Shown here: positions 38,647-48,612 of the stretch, piece by piece
Numbering within the stretch: the first letter of the stretch is position 1
How the letters are laid out: each line of letters opens with the position of its first letter
Assembly (NCBI GenBank): GCA_964350165.1
Contig: CAYGJA010000001.1
Location: 312,377-376,376 of the forward strand
DNA from: an uncultured Candidatus Saccharibacteria bacterium
GTDB lineage: Bacteria > Patescibacteriota > Minisyncoccia > Phycocordibacterales > UBA1006
Reading direction: 5' to 3'
Length of the DNA: 64,000 bases
Translations under genes and position numbers: made by a program
Notes under the pieces: model-generated
Databases searched by the model: none
Told to the model about the DNA's origin: nothing
The model's input: only the letters and a program-made list of their open reading frames with translations

Positions 38647-39025
38647 AAAACTTGAGGCAGTATAGCAAAAATAAAAATCATCTTTTTATATAAAAAACCC
38701 AAACATGATTATTTTTTTGGATAGGTTTCTATTAAAAAAATACTAACCAGACCACTCTTTTCGTCCTTTTGGACTCATCAGGACAAATACACATTTTGGC
38801 GAGAGTGAGCTTTTTCGAGGGCAACAGTTTCGTCAGTAATAATGCGCCACCGCGAACGATAAAAAAGTACCCACTCTTGTTTATCTCTTTTTTTAAATGA
38901 CAGGACGATGAACAAAACTCCAGAAAAGCTAGTGATAGTGACGAAGATCCCTGACCACAAGCTATCTGTTCACAAAATTGAAGGGAAAGATAACCCTGAG
39001 GCAAGCTAAGAACGAAAATTCTTGG

Positions 39026-39033
39026 TGTATAAT
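39026..39033 (+). promoter_or_regulatory. extended -10 promoter element TGTATAAT placed for a leaderless transcript starting at the ATG of 39040
   Basis: ggTGTATAATttaggcATG: the -10 ends 6 nt before the ATG and there is no room for an SD. Confidence 0.45.
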
Positions 39034-39039
39034 TTAGGC

Positions 39040-39585
39040 ATGAATAGCCTAGAAGTAGTTGAAATAAAAATCCCCAAATTCATAACTTCTGAAGAATTAC
39101 AACACTGGTGGCAAGAAATACCCAACAGCTTGGCAGGGCAAGAGATTCTTATTGTCTCTAGCCAAGACAGTCTACTTGATGGACTAACAATACAGAACCT
39201 GCTCTCTTCACAAAATCACGAAGCCACTTCTGTCATGGTAACAACCCCAGAATTTGATAGACCAATACGTATTTTTTATAATGACAACGACCCAAATATT
39301 TATGCAAATCCGACAATAGCTTACGATCTAACGATCGTGTCTCCAGTAAACATCATTGTCCCGGCCAAACCAAATCAGAATACGTCGATCTATTTAGACA
39401 AATTTCCAGAAGCAATTAAGCCAGAAAAAATTTTAGAGATAAGTCACCATTTTGTAAACAATTTGAGCAAAAGAAATCCAAAAAATATCACCATTAGTGG
39501 ATACCGTCACAACTACCTGGAATTAATAGTGGTTATGGCTGGCGTTATTAATTCTAAATTATCTTTTATTTTGGATATAAAATAA
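39040..39585 (+). CDS. hypothetical protein (181 aa), first gene of the helicase operon, probably leaderless
   Basis: Track start 39022 is TTG; the ATG at 39040 lies directly after the extended -10. Stop is 6 nt before the helicase ATG. Confidence 0.5.
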   Translation: MNSLEVVEIKIPKFITSEELQHWWQEIPNSLAGQEILIVSSQDSLLDGLTIQNLLSSQNHEATSVMVTTPEFDRPIRIFYNDNDPNIYANPTIAYDLTIVSPVNIIVPAKPNQNTSIYLDKFPEAIKPEKILEISHHFVNNLSKRNPKNITISGYRHNYLELIVVMAGVINSKLSFILDIK

Positions 39586-39591
39586 TATTGT

Positions 39592-42500
39592 ATGTTCGAT
39601 GGAAATAAACAAAAAAGAGAAAGGTATCCGACTGGTCCCTTGGTCAGATTGGGGGAAAAAATAAACAATCAAGATCTTGTTCTAAAAAACCAAAGTCCTA
39701 CAATTCTAGAAAACTGGCGTCTCAAACAAGCTCCTGATGGAAAACTGGAACCCTTGATTCTAAAAGCCCCAACCGGATCGGGCAAAACAATGTACGCGCC
39801 ACGAATCCTATTAGATACATTAGAAAAAAATACCAAGAACAAACCAATTCTGGTTCTTCAGCCAACTGTGGCAGCGGCAATCAATGCCCAAAAGGGGCTG
39901 GCAGCCTGTCTAGGCGCCGAACATCATGCGGAAGAAAAAGTCGGAATCATGACCTCTCGAATCAGCAATGGCCAAAAATGTTCTGTTCAGATATCCACTC
40001 CAGGGGTACTCTATAGCATCTTAATGAAAGAAGGTGTCGCCGGTCTAGGGCGTTATGCGGGTTTTGTAATTGACGAAGTACATAACAAATCTGAACAATA
40101 CGCATTTATCATTGGAGCACTCAAAGTAATGCAAGAACAAGACCGCTTGCCTCCAACTATTTTTACTAGTGCCGAGTTTGACGTAGAAAAATTCAAAACA
40201 GCCTTCAGTAGCGGTTCAGTAGAAGAGATAGCGTCTCGCCTGCACCCGATAGAGCAGTCATTTTTAGATACAGAAATCGAAGAACCTAATAATAACGAAC
40301 ACGAAGAATATCAAACAACCAAAAACAACGCCGATCTACGAAAAGAACTTGAGAACAAAAAATATCTTCCGCATGTTTTTAACAAAATAGTAGAATTTGC
40401 CAACGAAATTCCGGAAAACGAAAATAACGGCGATATTCTGGTGTTTTTGACTGGCAAAAGAGAACTGGACGAAATATCAATTGAATTACAAAAAGTACTA
40501 GACCTCAATGATTTTAATATTATTCAATATTACCGAGACGCCAACGAATCTATAAAAGACGATGTTGAAAACAGAAAAAACGTTAGAGCCGGACAAAGAC
40601 GTATTATTCTTTCTACTAATGCGACCGAAACAGGTATAACTATCCCTCAATGTGGATATGTGGTTGATTGTGGTCGCCGAAAGCACGATGTCTATAATCC
40701 CCAAAACCAGACCGACGAATCACACATATCACTTATTTCTCTCGAAGAAATGATCCAACGAGCTGGTCGGGCTGGTCGAAACTTCCCAGGCAAAGCGTGG
40801 GTTGCCTTGCCAGAATGGGCCGCAAACAACGCAGAAATAATAGACCCTTATCGCAAGACTGATTTGGCATACATCAATCTGGCAAAACTCATGCTTTCGA
40901 CAAAAAAAATTGGCTACGACCTAGAAAACTTTCCTTTTATGGAAAACCCTTTTAACACAGATTCGATTAATCAAGCCAAGCAAGAATTATATTACGTAGG
41001 TGCAACAACTTCTGGTGGATCTTTGACTGCTGAAGGTCGCACCTACGCCGAACTTCCCTTTAGTCCCAGGCTGTCTAGATTATTTCTAGAATCAACTAAA
41101 AGCAAAACGGTACCACTGGCCATGGCTATCTCGGCTTTACATGGTGAAGAAAATACTTATTTAAAACCGCCTAAAGAATTGGTGGAAGAAGGCCGGGAAC
41201 AACGAGATAAAAATTACGCTTTCGAAATTGTAAGACAAATAATTCGCGATACCTTACCTGGTGGTTTTGATCTTCCCAAAAGGAGTCAACTACTTTCTTA
41301 TCTAGAGACAGAAAAAGAAAAAAATAGCCTAAGTCCTAGTTCAATTGCCAGCTATATTACCAATGGACTTGAAATAACCCTGCCACCGAACGTAGACTTG
41401 GAGGAAGAAATATCAGCCATTAGCTACGATACCTATCCCGCCTATGCCGTCAGCAATATAATTAATTTGGTGCAAAAACTACGCCAAGTAAAGCGCTCGG
41501 ATGCACTCAGCCAAATAAACCTATTTGCCAGCGGTCTAGCAAATGGTTTAGCTGATTACGAACGAGCCAGAAACAGAGAACACCGTAAGCAACCAGTAGG
41601 AGCACATGATCAACAAAAATCTAAAATATTTCAACAATGGTGCCGAGATTATGGAATATCTCCGGTAGGGCTCAGTAAAATGTATAAAATCGTCCACAAT
41701 CAACGATCTAGTTTAAAAAAATGGGCAACAAGTCGTTCCTCGGGCACGCCAACTCAGGCGACCGATATCCTGCATCAAGCTGGGAAAGGAATAACTCAGG
41801 AACAAGTAAATAAGTTTTTGTTATTAATTTCTGACCCGGAGACAAGAGACAAAACCTACGAAGAGATAACCAAACTAATGATAACCTGCTTTCCTGACCA
41901 CGTCGTTAGATTAGAAAAAATAAATCCCAAAAAAAGTTATCCGTATATTAAAGCTGTTCCCGTGCATACAGGAATGCAGAAATCTCTTCATTTAAAAGTA
42001 TCTCGGTCTTCAGACTACAAAAACAGCGACGGTTGCTACTGTACTTATCTACAGAGACACAAGCCAGCCGAAACGGCCGGGGTCTCTTCTACTTATGTAC
42101 AGGGTTTGCATGAAATTAGCCCTGATGAAATATGGGAACATATGCCCGATCACTTGAAGACAATTACGTCTAAAATAGACCTAACTTACGAAGAAACTGA
42201 GCAAAAATTAATTTTTATTGACAGTTACAAAATAGACTCAACAACAATAAAAAATGAGCAGCGAGAAGCCGAATCGGGTAAAAAATTTTTCCAAACCCTA
42301 AAAGCCTGCCTGGAAAAAGATTGGGATTTTAACAACTCAAACGAAAGGACCTCCGTCGAAAATGGGCAAGAATTAAATCTTTCCGCCCTGATCAACAGAG
42401 CGCGCCAGGACTTTAAGCAAAACCTTAACAAAGTAGAACAAAGATATCTACTAGTACATCAGATGGTAAAAGGAAGCAGTGGTGAATTTTTACTTGAGGA

Positions 42501-44706
42501 CCTTAAAAAACCAAACAAAGACAACGTTCTAGAAGCACTCCAGCAACAGCTAGAGAATAAGTCTTTTCAAGGAATGGACATAAAAGAAATTTTTAAATTG
42601 ATCGACAATGAAAACCTAATCCAAATCGCCATAGAAAAAGAACACGAATCATTATATGAAGACTATTTACAAGAATTTATTCCCAATAAAATCAAAACCA
42701 ATATCGGTGATCTGGAGACAGAATATCGTCCAGTAAGAAACTATGGTCAATCTGCGACTAGCTATGTTCCAGTATTAAAAAATTCATTATCACCCGCCGA
42801 AGCACTTATTTTTGAATTTCCCATCTTCCCAAACGGGCAAGTTCTTTCCGAAATATCATTAAAACCAGCCTCTAACCAAGATGACATAACCCTTAAATCA
42901 CCGCTTCAAGATTGGGCTGTCGATTTGATAGAAGAAGAGTATTCCAACACATTACTGCAATCAGCCGAGGAAGAACAAGATCCTCCCCCTCTTCCAGAAA
43001 CTGACACCAGGCCAGACTCTCTCGAAAGCTACAAACCACAAAGAGTACAAATAGGAATTCACCCAGTCAAAAACCAACCTATCCAAGCCTGCTGGATACT
43101 CGATTACAAAGAAGACAAACTTTTTTGGAAGATTTTACCTATAACAAAACATCAAACATACGAGAACCTAGAACAAGAACACAAAATCAACCTTGATCAC
43201 TACAAAAGACGAATTTACATAGAATTGAATGAATCTGTTAAAAACGAAGTAAAAATTATCCGACAGATGCTTGATTTCATGGCTGATGACGACTTTCCGG
43301 ATTTTAATCTCCAACGCTGGGGTTTTTCTTCCAGAAATGAAACTACAGATTTCATGCGCCTGATAAATCAAATAGAAATACATACCGAAAACAAAAGAGA
43401 CTATGATGCAGTGTCTTTGTTCCAGCAACAAAAAAGTTTAGTCGAAAAAACTTTTGATTATCGGAACAAATACGAAGAATTTTTAAAAAAACAATCTGAG
43501 GCCTGGGAAAAACTAGCGCAATCACCTGTTTTGCCGTTAGATACTTCATTAGATTTGCGTTATCTGATTACCAAAGGCGAAGAAATAATAATCAACAATG
43601 TGGCCGATCCAACCCTAAGAGAGAAGATCTTTCAACTATTAAACCAAACAGAAATACATGGTGAACAGCCTGTCACCTTGGCACAAATCAAAACCCAGGC
43701 TGGCGATATCGTTGGTGCGGTAACCGTGGAATACAAAAACTCGGAATACTACTCACATCTCAGTCTTGTTTTTAGGGGCATCGAATACTACAACAAAAAT
43801 AATCTCATGCCGCCGGCAACTTGGCTGCAGAACCTGAATTCAGACAATTTCGATCTTCAAATTGTCCTCAAAAATAAAGCAATCGCTGACAATTCTGATG
43901 ACAGCGATCTAAAAATAAATCCATTCCTGATCACCGACTTTGCTTCACCAAACAGTCTGCCAGACAATGATTACGCCTGGGAAGAAGGCGAACTAATAAT
44001 TGGCGACAAAACCACCGGAGAAACTTTACGCGATTTGTTTAATGCAAAAAAACAAGAAAAATTACCAAAAAAACAAGAACAACCAAAAACCGTTAATGGC
44101 AATCTAAAAGTGGAAATAAATCCAGCTGAACAAAAACTGTCCCCTCAACAAATCAAAGACGTTGAACGCGAAATAACTTTGTCTGCCGTCGCCAAATACC
44201 TCTCCAAACACTTGGCTCGAGAAAAAAATGAATTGGCAAACAGAATAAAAGAATGGAAAAACCTAACTGACCTAATGAGTGCCATAGAAACTTTTTGGGA
44301 AAAGTCAGAATCCGACTTGACGCTCGCTGATTATGACAAAATAAAAGGTGCAATTAACCGTAACTTTAGTCGAACAACCCGAGGGGCCTTAGATCACTTG
44401 GCAACTCATAAGAAAATGGCTGATAATAATCCAAAAATAAGATCTCTAATAGATACAGCCAAAGAGATCGCTGTTAATGTAGAACAAATACTAAAATCAC
44501 CCCCGGAAGACTTTACCGATTTATTCGACTCACAGCAATTAGCTGATTGGCAATCCTTGCTCCAAAAAAATCCAGCTCAGTACATAGACCTGGTCGAAGA
44601 AGCCATTAATAAAATCTACCAGGACAATCTGAACACTGATGACATAAAAACAGAGGTGCAAAACTTTTTATTTGAAAAAATTGACGCATCAAGTGCCAAT
44701 TTATAA
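39592..44706 (+). CDS. DEAH/RHA-type (HrpA/HrpB-like) ATP-dependent helicase with a ~1100-aa uncharacterised C-terminal extension (1704 aa)
   Basis: Walker A LKAPTGSGKT, DEAH box VIDEVH, motif V STNATETGITIP, motif VI QRAGRAGR, followed by an HA2-like region (FPFMENPF...LTAEGRTYAELPFSPRLSRLFLES). Residues ~600-1704 are K/E/N-rich with no recognisable domain. Confidence 0.8.
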   Translation: MFDGNKQKRERYPTGPLVRLGEKINNQDLVLKNQSPTILENWRLKQAPDGKLEPLILKAPTGSGKTMYAPRILLDTLEKNTKNKPILVLQPTVAAAINAQKGLAACLGAEHHAEEKVGIMTSRISNGQKCSVQISTPGVLYSILMKEGVAGLGRYAGFVIDEVHNKSEQYAFIIGALKVMQEQDRLPPTIFTSAEFDVEKFKTAFSSGSVEEIASRLHPIEQSFLDTEIEEPNNNEHEEYQTTKNNADLRKELENKKYLPHVFNKIVEFANEIPENENNGDILVFLTGKRELDEISIELQKVLDLNDFNIIQYYRDANESIKDDVENRKNVRAGQRRIILSTNATETGITIPQCGYVVDCGRRKHDVYNPQNQTDESHISLISLEEMIQRAGRAGRNFPGKAWVALPEWAANNAEIIDPYRKTDLAYINLAKLMLSTKKIGYDLENFPFMENPFNTDSINQAKQELYYVGATTSGGSLTAEGRTYAELPFSPRLSRLFLESTKSKTVPLAMAISALHGEENTYLKPPKELVEEGREQRDKNYAFEIVRQIIRDTLPGGFDLPKRSQLLSYLETEKEKNSLSPSSIASYITNGLEITLPPNVDLEEEISAISYDTYPAYAVSNIINLVQKLRQVKRSDALSQINLFASGLANGLADYERARNREHRKQPVGAHDQQKSKIFQQWCRDYGISPVGLSKMYKIVHNQRSSLKKWATSRSSGTPTQATDILHQAGKGITQEQVNKFLLLISDPETRDKTYEEITKLMITCFPDHVVRLEKINPKKSYPYIKAVPVHTGMQKSLHLKVSRSSDYKNSDGCYCTYLQRHKPAETAGVSSTYVQGLHEISPDEIWEHMPDHLKTITSKIDLTYEETEQKLIFIDSYKIDSTTIKNEQREAESGKKFFQTLKACLEKDWDFNNSNERTSVENGQELNLSALINRARQDFKQNLNKVEQRYLLVHQMVKGSSGEFLLEDLKKPNKDNVLEALQQQLENKSFQGMDIKEIFKLIDNENLIQIAIEKEHESLYEDYLQEFIPNKIKTNIGDLETEYRPVRNYGQSATSYVPVLKNSLSPAEALIFEFPIFPNGQVLSEISLKPASNQDDITLKSPLQDWAVDLIEEEYSNTLLQSAEEEQDPPPLPETDTRPDSLESYKPQRVQIGIHPVKNQPIQACWILDYKEDKLFWKILPITKHQTYENLEQEHKINLDHYKRRIYIELNESVKNEVKIIRQMLDFMADDDFPDFNLQRWGFSSRNETTDFMRLINQIEIHTENKRDYDAVSLFQQQKSLVEKTFDYRNKYEEFLKKQSEAWEKLAQSPVLPLDTSLDLRYLITKGEEIIINNVADPTLREKIFQLLNQTEIHGEQPVTLAQIKTQAGDIVGAVTVEYKNSEYYSHLSLVFRGIEYYNKNNLMPPATWLQNLNSDNFDLQIVLKNKAIADNSDDSDLKINPFLITDFASPNSLPDNDYAWEEGELIIGDKTTGETLRDLFNAKKQEKLPKKQEQPKTVNGNLKVEINPAEQKLSPQQIKDVEREITLSAVAKYLSKHLAREKNELANRIKEWKNLTDLMSAIETFWEKSESDLTLADYDKIKGAINRNFSRTTRGALDHLATHKKMADNNPKIRSLIDTAKEIAVNVEQILKSPPEDFTDLFDSQQLADWQSLLQKNPAQYIDLVEEAINKIYQDNLNTDDIKTEVQNFLFEKIDASSANL

Positions 44707-44719
44707 AAATTTCCCAGTG

Positions 44720-44755
44720 AAACACCCCTCATTGCCTTGGCAATGAGGGGTGTTT
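44720..44755 (+). terminator. rho-independent terminator after the helicase gene (16-17-bp perfect stem, then T-rich tail)
   Basis: aaacacccctcattgcc-tt-ggcaatgaggggtgttt ggtttacctgatttt. Confidence 0.7.
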
Positions 44756-44845
44756 GGTTTACCTGATTTTAGCTGAAAAGCAGGTAAGTTAACTCGTATC
44801 CAAGTACAAAAATATTAGCCGAAAGATTTGCCCTTTCAGTACAAA

Positions 44846-45427
44846 TTATCTGTGTTTAATTTGTTTATCTTCGTGCTGAATGTCAGAAATAATTTTCCTT
44901 ACCTCCTTTTCTGATATGCTGTAGCCATTTTTATTTACAAACTTTAGCATGCGTTGGTAACTATGCGTTGGGAACGGAGAACCTAGGTACGTTAAGCGCC
45001 TTCTTTGCACATCTCTAAGAAAATACTCATCATGCCAAAGTCTGTTTTCGGTAAAAAATGCTTTGGTTATAGTAAAGTCAAACAGTGAGTTACGTAAATC
45101 ATTGAAACTACCAATATGCTTATGGTGAACTAGGTCAATAGATAATAGACCCCCTTTCTTGAGAGCAATATTGTAAAAATCCTCATTCAAATTTTCCTCA
45201 GCAATTAACCATCCAGACCTGGTGAGTCGTTCAACAGAGCTTGTAAATTTAGCTCGATCGAGAAACCAAACATCAATATCTCTCGGTGTAGATTTTTCAA
45301 AAAAAGACCTGATAAAACCCCCGGCAACAATAGCGGACCCTTGGGTAATGTGCTCAAACAGGAGCGCAGGAACACTTTCTTTAATACTATTATCAAGTAA
45401 TGTTGTCTCTTTAACTAGAGGATCCAT
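44846..45427 (-). CDS. minimal polymerase-beta-fold nucleotidyltransferase-like protein (193 aa)
   Basis: hG[GS]...DhD pattern AGGFIRSFFEKSTPRDIDVWF plus a downstream acidic residue (LLSIDLV). ATG at 45425-45427 is preceded by AGGAG; the track TTG start is an artefact. Confidence 0.45.
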   Translation of the reverse strand: MDPLVKETTLLDNSIKESVPALLFEHITQGSAIVAGGFIRSFFEKSTPRDIDVWFLDRAKFTSSVERLTRSGWLIAEENLNEDFYNIALKKGGLLSIDLVHHKHIGSFNDLRNSLFDFTITKAFFTENRLWHDEYFLRDVQRRRLTYLGSPFPTHSYQRMLKFVNKNGYSISEKEVRKIISDIQHEDKQIKHR

Positions 45428-46877
45428 CTTTTTTTTCCAACTCCTCAAGCAGCTTTAAGCCTTGTTTATGATAACTGTTGTACCTTATGAATGCACTAGG
45501 ATTTTCTTGAGGGAGGAAGAAAATATCAATCTCTCGAGTTTGCGGATCAATTTCACCATAAATTTTATGTTCATGGCTTCTCGTTGGCCCCCTTCTTACT
45601 TCAGTACGGGCTACTTGTCGCTTGTGATAGACACTTTTGAGAAACCTAATGTCCATCTCTTTTGACTCCAATAATGTCCAAGTAAAATGGTGCTCACTGT
45701 TTTTGTGATATGAACTCTCACCAGGGAACTCCTCAATCAAATTTGGAACCGACTCTGTATTGACCTCGATAACATCAAGCAGCTTTCCCAAATAGTTTAA
45801 TTTGTCTGTATCTTTATGATCACCACCTGACTTGAATTTAAGATGTCCATATTTCAAGAATTTGAGTAGTTCCGGATTTTTAGAAATGGCACCAACTAGC
45901 TTTTCACCCTCCTTTGCTTCTAGCTCATTAAACGACTTGATTACAGAAGGTTGAATGATTTCAAACTTTTCAGTACTACTAGTATTCACTTCTATAAAAC
46001 TCGGGTCTTGGCTAGAGAACAATTCTAGTAATTTACTTTTATCAATCGAGTGCTCTTGTAGCGCCATTGCCAAAAATTCATCTCGAGTAGTTTCACTGAA
46101 GTAAACCACCGGCTGGCGCTCATAATCAATCTCATTGAGAAAGATTGTCATACCCTCTTTAATCTTGCTTACAACTGGCTCGTTCTCCAATTTTTCAATT
46201 GTATCCAGATTCAAGTTCTCGACAACAACCTTCAGAGGAAAGTTTGTTGTTTTGCGAAACACCTTATCACCATAAGTAAAGTAATCATTCATAATCCTAA
46301 TGCCCGTGTCACCCCCCTCGTCTTGCGGGTTTTCTATTTCGCGGACTAAATGTATCCCTTCTTTTTCTACAAATTCTCTAATCGTTTCAGGATGAGCCGA
46401 TAAATACTTTTTTTGTTCTTCACCTAGCCACCCAAAAGAACCACTAGAATCTAGAGTTTGTATAATATCCTTCTCCATTTGTGCTTGATACTCTTCTGTG
46501 AATGCTTGGTTTTCTTCCTCTTCCCATTTTTCGCTCATGGAAAGCAGTTCAATGATCTCTTTTTCATGTAGCTCCATCTCTTGTAGGCTTTTTTCCTTCT
46601 CATCATCGGAAACCCGCTTGAGAAGTTGAGTGTATTCATTCAAGGTCACATGCGCTTGATCAAGCTGGACTCTAAGCTTTTCGTTAAGTTGTCTCCTATA
46701 TAGGTCTGATTCGAGTGGGTTGCTTGATGCCAAACCACCTCCCGCCTCTTCCTTGGCAAGAAATTCTGCTTTCACTGTATCTGGCTGATATTTATTTAAA
46801 ACTTCATCTGTTTCTACTTTCGCCTCTTGAGCAAGAACATCTAGATTTTGTTGCGCACCGCTCTCTCTTTTTTCCAT
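45411..46877 (-). CDS. hypothetical acidic coiled-coil protein (~488 aa), co-transcribed upstream of the NTase-like gene
   Basis: E/K-rich, no recognised domain. ATG at 46875-46877 with GGTGG just upstream. Confidence 0.5.
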   Translation of the reverse strand: MEKRESGAQQNLDVLAQEAKVETDEVLNKYQPDTVKAEFLAKEEAGGGLASSNPLESDLYRRQLNEKLRVQLDQAHVTLNEYTQLLKRVSDDEKEKSLQEMELHEKEIIELLSMSEKWEEEENQAFTEEYQAQMEKDIIQTLDSSGSFGWLGEEQKKYLSAHPETIREFVEKEGIHLVREIENPQDEGGDTGIRIMNDYFTYGDKVFRKTTNFPLKVVVENLNLDTIEKLENEPVVSKIKEGMTIFLNEIDYERQPVVYFSETTRDEFLAMALQEHSIDKSKLLELFSSQDPSFIEVNTSSTEKFEIIQPSVIKSFNELEAKEGEKLVGAISKNPELLKFLKYGHLKFKSGGDHKDTDKLNYLGKLLDVIEVNTESVPNLIEEFPGESSYHKNSEHHFTWTLLESKEMDIRFLKSVYHKRQVARTEVRRGPTRSHEHKIYGEIDPQTREIDIFFLPQENPSAFIRYNSYHKQGLKLLEELEKKDGSSS

Positions 46878-47071
46878 GTCCACCTAAGATTAACTAGTAA
46901 CTTGACATTAATGTTTTGATATTTTAATCATCTTAATAAATGTAAGTATACATCTCTGGACTCCAATAGGAAGTACGTTGGAGGGTAACCGCCCTGCTAT
47001 TCACTATATTTTCTTCAAAAAACGAATTGGTATTCATTTTCTCAAGAAAAGAGATTTGTATGGCACAAATC

Positions 47072-47704
47072 TCATAAAGCCATTTTAGTAAGGTACATCT
47101 CTTCATATGCTTCCGCATATTGAATAGCTGGGTATACCAGCATTCCGCGGTAGCAGTTGAGACCAATTGTCTTGGACACATAATCGACTTGTTCGATTTG
47201 TGATTTGTGAAAACCAATCAATCTCTTTTTCTCTTCTACTACATCAGTCAGGTCAATGTAGTGTGTAGGGCTCGCGATAGCTGACCACACCTCATACGCA
47301 ATGATTCTTGCTCTAGGTTGCAACCTCTGCAAATATTCATATACACAAGAGTGATCAGAATGGTTGTCGTTCTTGTGAGGGCAAACGATAACGTTATAGC
47401 TATCAGTATCAATTTTGGCAAAGGTTGCAAAGTTTTCACTTAGCTTACCGTCTTCAATACCAAGGAATTGAAAATTGTTTACTCCCACATAACTCATGGC
47501 CTTAGCCATTTCAGCATTGCGTATTGCAATTACTTCTTCATTGTTTTGCCCTGGGGGACCCCCATGACGTCCGTCTGTAAGGACGACAACATCGCATTGA
47601 CTGGCATACTTCAACAGTATTCCACCACAACCAATCGACTCATCATCCGGGTGAGGAGCCAAGACCAGTATTCGGTCTGACTCCTTGAATTTTAGTTCTT
47701 TCAT
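47072..47704 (-). CDS. PIG-L/LmbE-family N-acetylglucosaminyl deacetylase
   Basis: LVLAPHPDDESIGCGG signature. Start re-set to the ATG at 47704 (MKELKFK...) to avoid an 82-nt overlap with the GT8 gene. Confidence 0.7.
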   Translation of the reverse strand: MKELKFKESDRILVLAPHPDDESIGCGGILLKYASQCDVVVLTDGRHGGPPGQNNEEVIAIRNAEMAKAMSYVGVNNFQFLGIEDGKLSENFATFAKIDTDSYNVIVCPHKNDNHSDHSCVYEYLQRLQPRARIIAYEVWSAIASPTHYIDLTDVVEEKKRLIGFHKSQIEQVDYVSKTIGLNCYRGMLVYPAIQYAEAYEEMYLTKMAL

Positions 47705-47715
47705 TATTTCTGTGT

Positions 47716-48612
47716 TTAGGCGGCAAGCATTACTGCTGCAACCATAGTGAAAAAGTTTCTGTAGTTCCGGGGCTGTTTTTTCTCCTCCCGATTCCAAACC
47801 CTTACTTCATTAGCACCGGTATAGTGCATAATGATAGGATTCTCGATGGCGTATTCCAACTCTTTATCAGAAAATACGCGAGCCAGGAACGGGTACAGGT
47901 TCGTTTCGTGGTAGTCACTGGCAACAGCCAAATCTTCCAAGACGCAATATTCGAACGGGATAGCTTTGATTGTGCCTTGGCAAGCCAAGTTCAAAACTTC
48001 CAGGTCGAACATTTTGAGCTTATCCTCGAATCGTTTGATCGTATGGATAAACTTTTCAGTCATCCGATCTTCGCGCATCTTTTTGGCGTTGATCACCATA
48101 AATCCAGAGGCGTAGATCAATTCGTTCTGATTTTCGTCAAACTTGGTGTGTCCCGTCATATGGTTGGGATCACCAGGATTACCAATTTGAGTGGCTAAAG
48201 TTTCTTTGCTCGGCTCTTCATTCCTTTCAAGGGGAACTCCAGCCCAGTAACAGTCTTCCAGATCCATTTCGAAGACTTCTGCGAGGTCGCCTTCGAACAG
48301 AACATCCACATCGCTGTAAATGATCCGATCGTACTGAGGCAGGATGTCATGAATCGCCAGGCGATAATAAACATCTACCGGATACTCAGAGGTCGCAGGA
48401 ACATCGGCAAAGAGACTTTCGTCAAGCTTTACCCAGTTGATTTTGGCGACACGATCAAGGGTTTTTCGACTTTGCTCTGACAAGTTGTTATACAGAACGT
48501 AAATCTCATACCAGGTGTCAGGGTTGCCCTTGTGGACCAAGGACTTGATGGCAACGGCAGCCGGCAAGGCGTAGTTGTCATCAAATGTAAAAACGATAGG
48601 TATCTTTTTCAT
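47716..48612 (-). CDS. glycosyltransferase family 8 protein
   Basis: IVFTFDDNYALPAAVAIKSL and a DxD motif (SDVDVLFEGD). Start codon overlaps the upstream stop (TAATG). Confidence 0.7.
   Translation of the reverse strand: MKKIPIVFTFDDNYALPAAVAIKSLVHKGNPDTWYEIYVLYNNLSEQSRKTLDRVAKINWVKLDESLFADVPATSEYPVDVYYRLAIHDILPQYDRIIYSDVDVLFEGDLAEVFEMDLEDCYWAGVPLERNEEPSKETLATQIGNPGDPNHMTGHTKFDENQNELIYASGFMVINAKKMREDRMTEKFIHTIKRFEDKLKMFDLEVLNLACQGTIKAIPFEYCVLEDLAVASDYHETNLYPFLARVFSDKELEYAIENPIIMHYTGANEVRVWNREEKKQPRNYRNFFTMVAAVMLAA

Noticed and set aside
46905-46935. Plus-strand TTGACA-17-TATTTT promoter-like match between the 490-aa gene and the PIG-L gene
   Set aside because: Both flanking genes are on the minus strand, so a plus-strand promoter here would drive no recognisable gene. 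Likely a chance match in AT-rich DNA.
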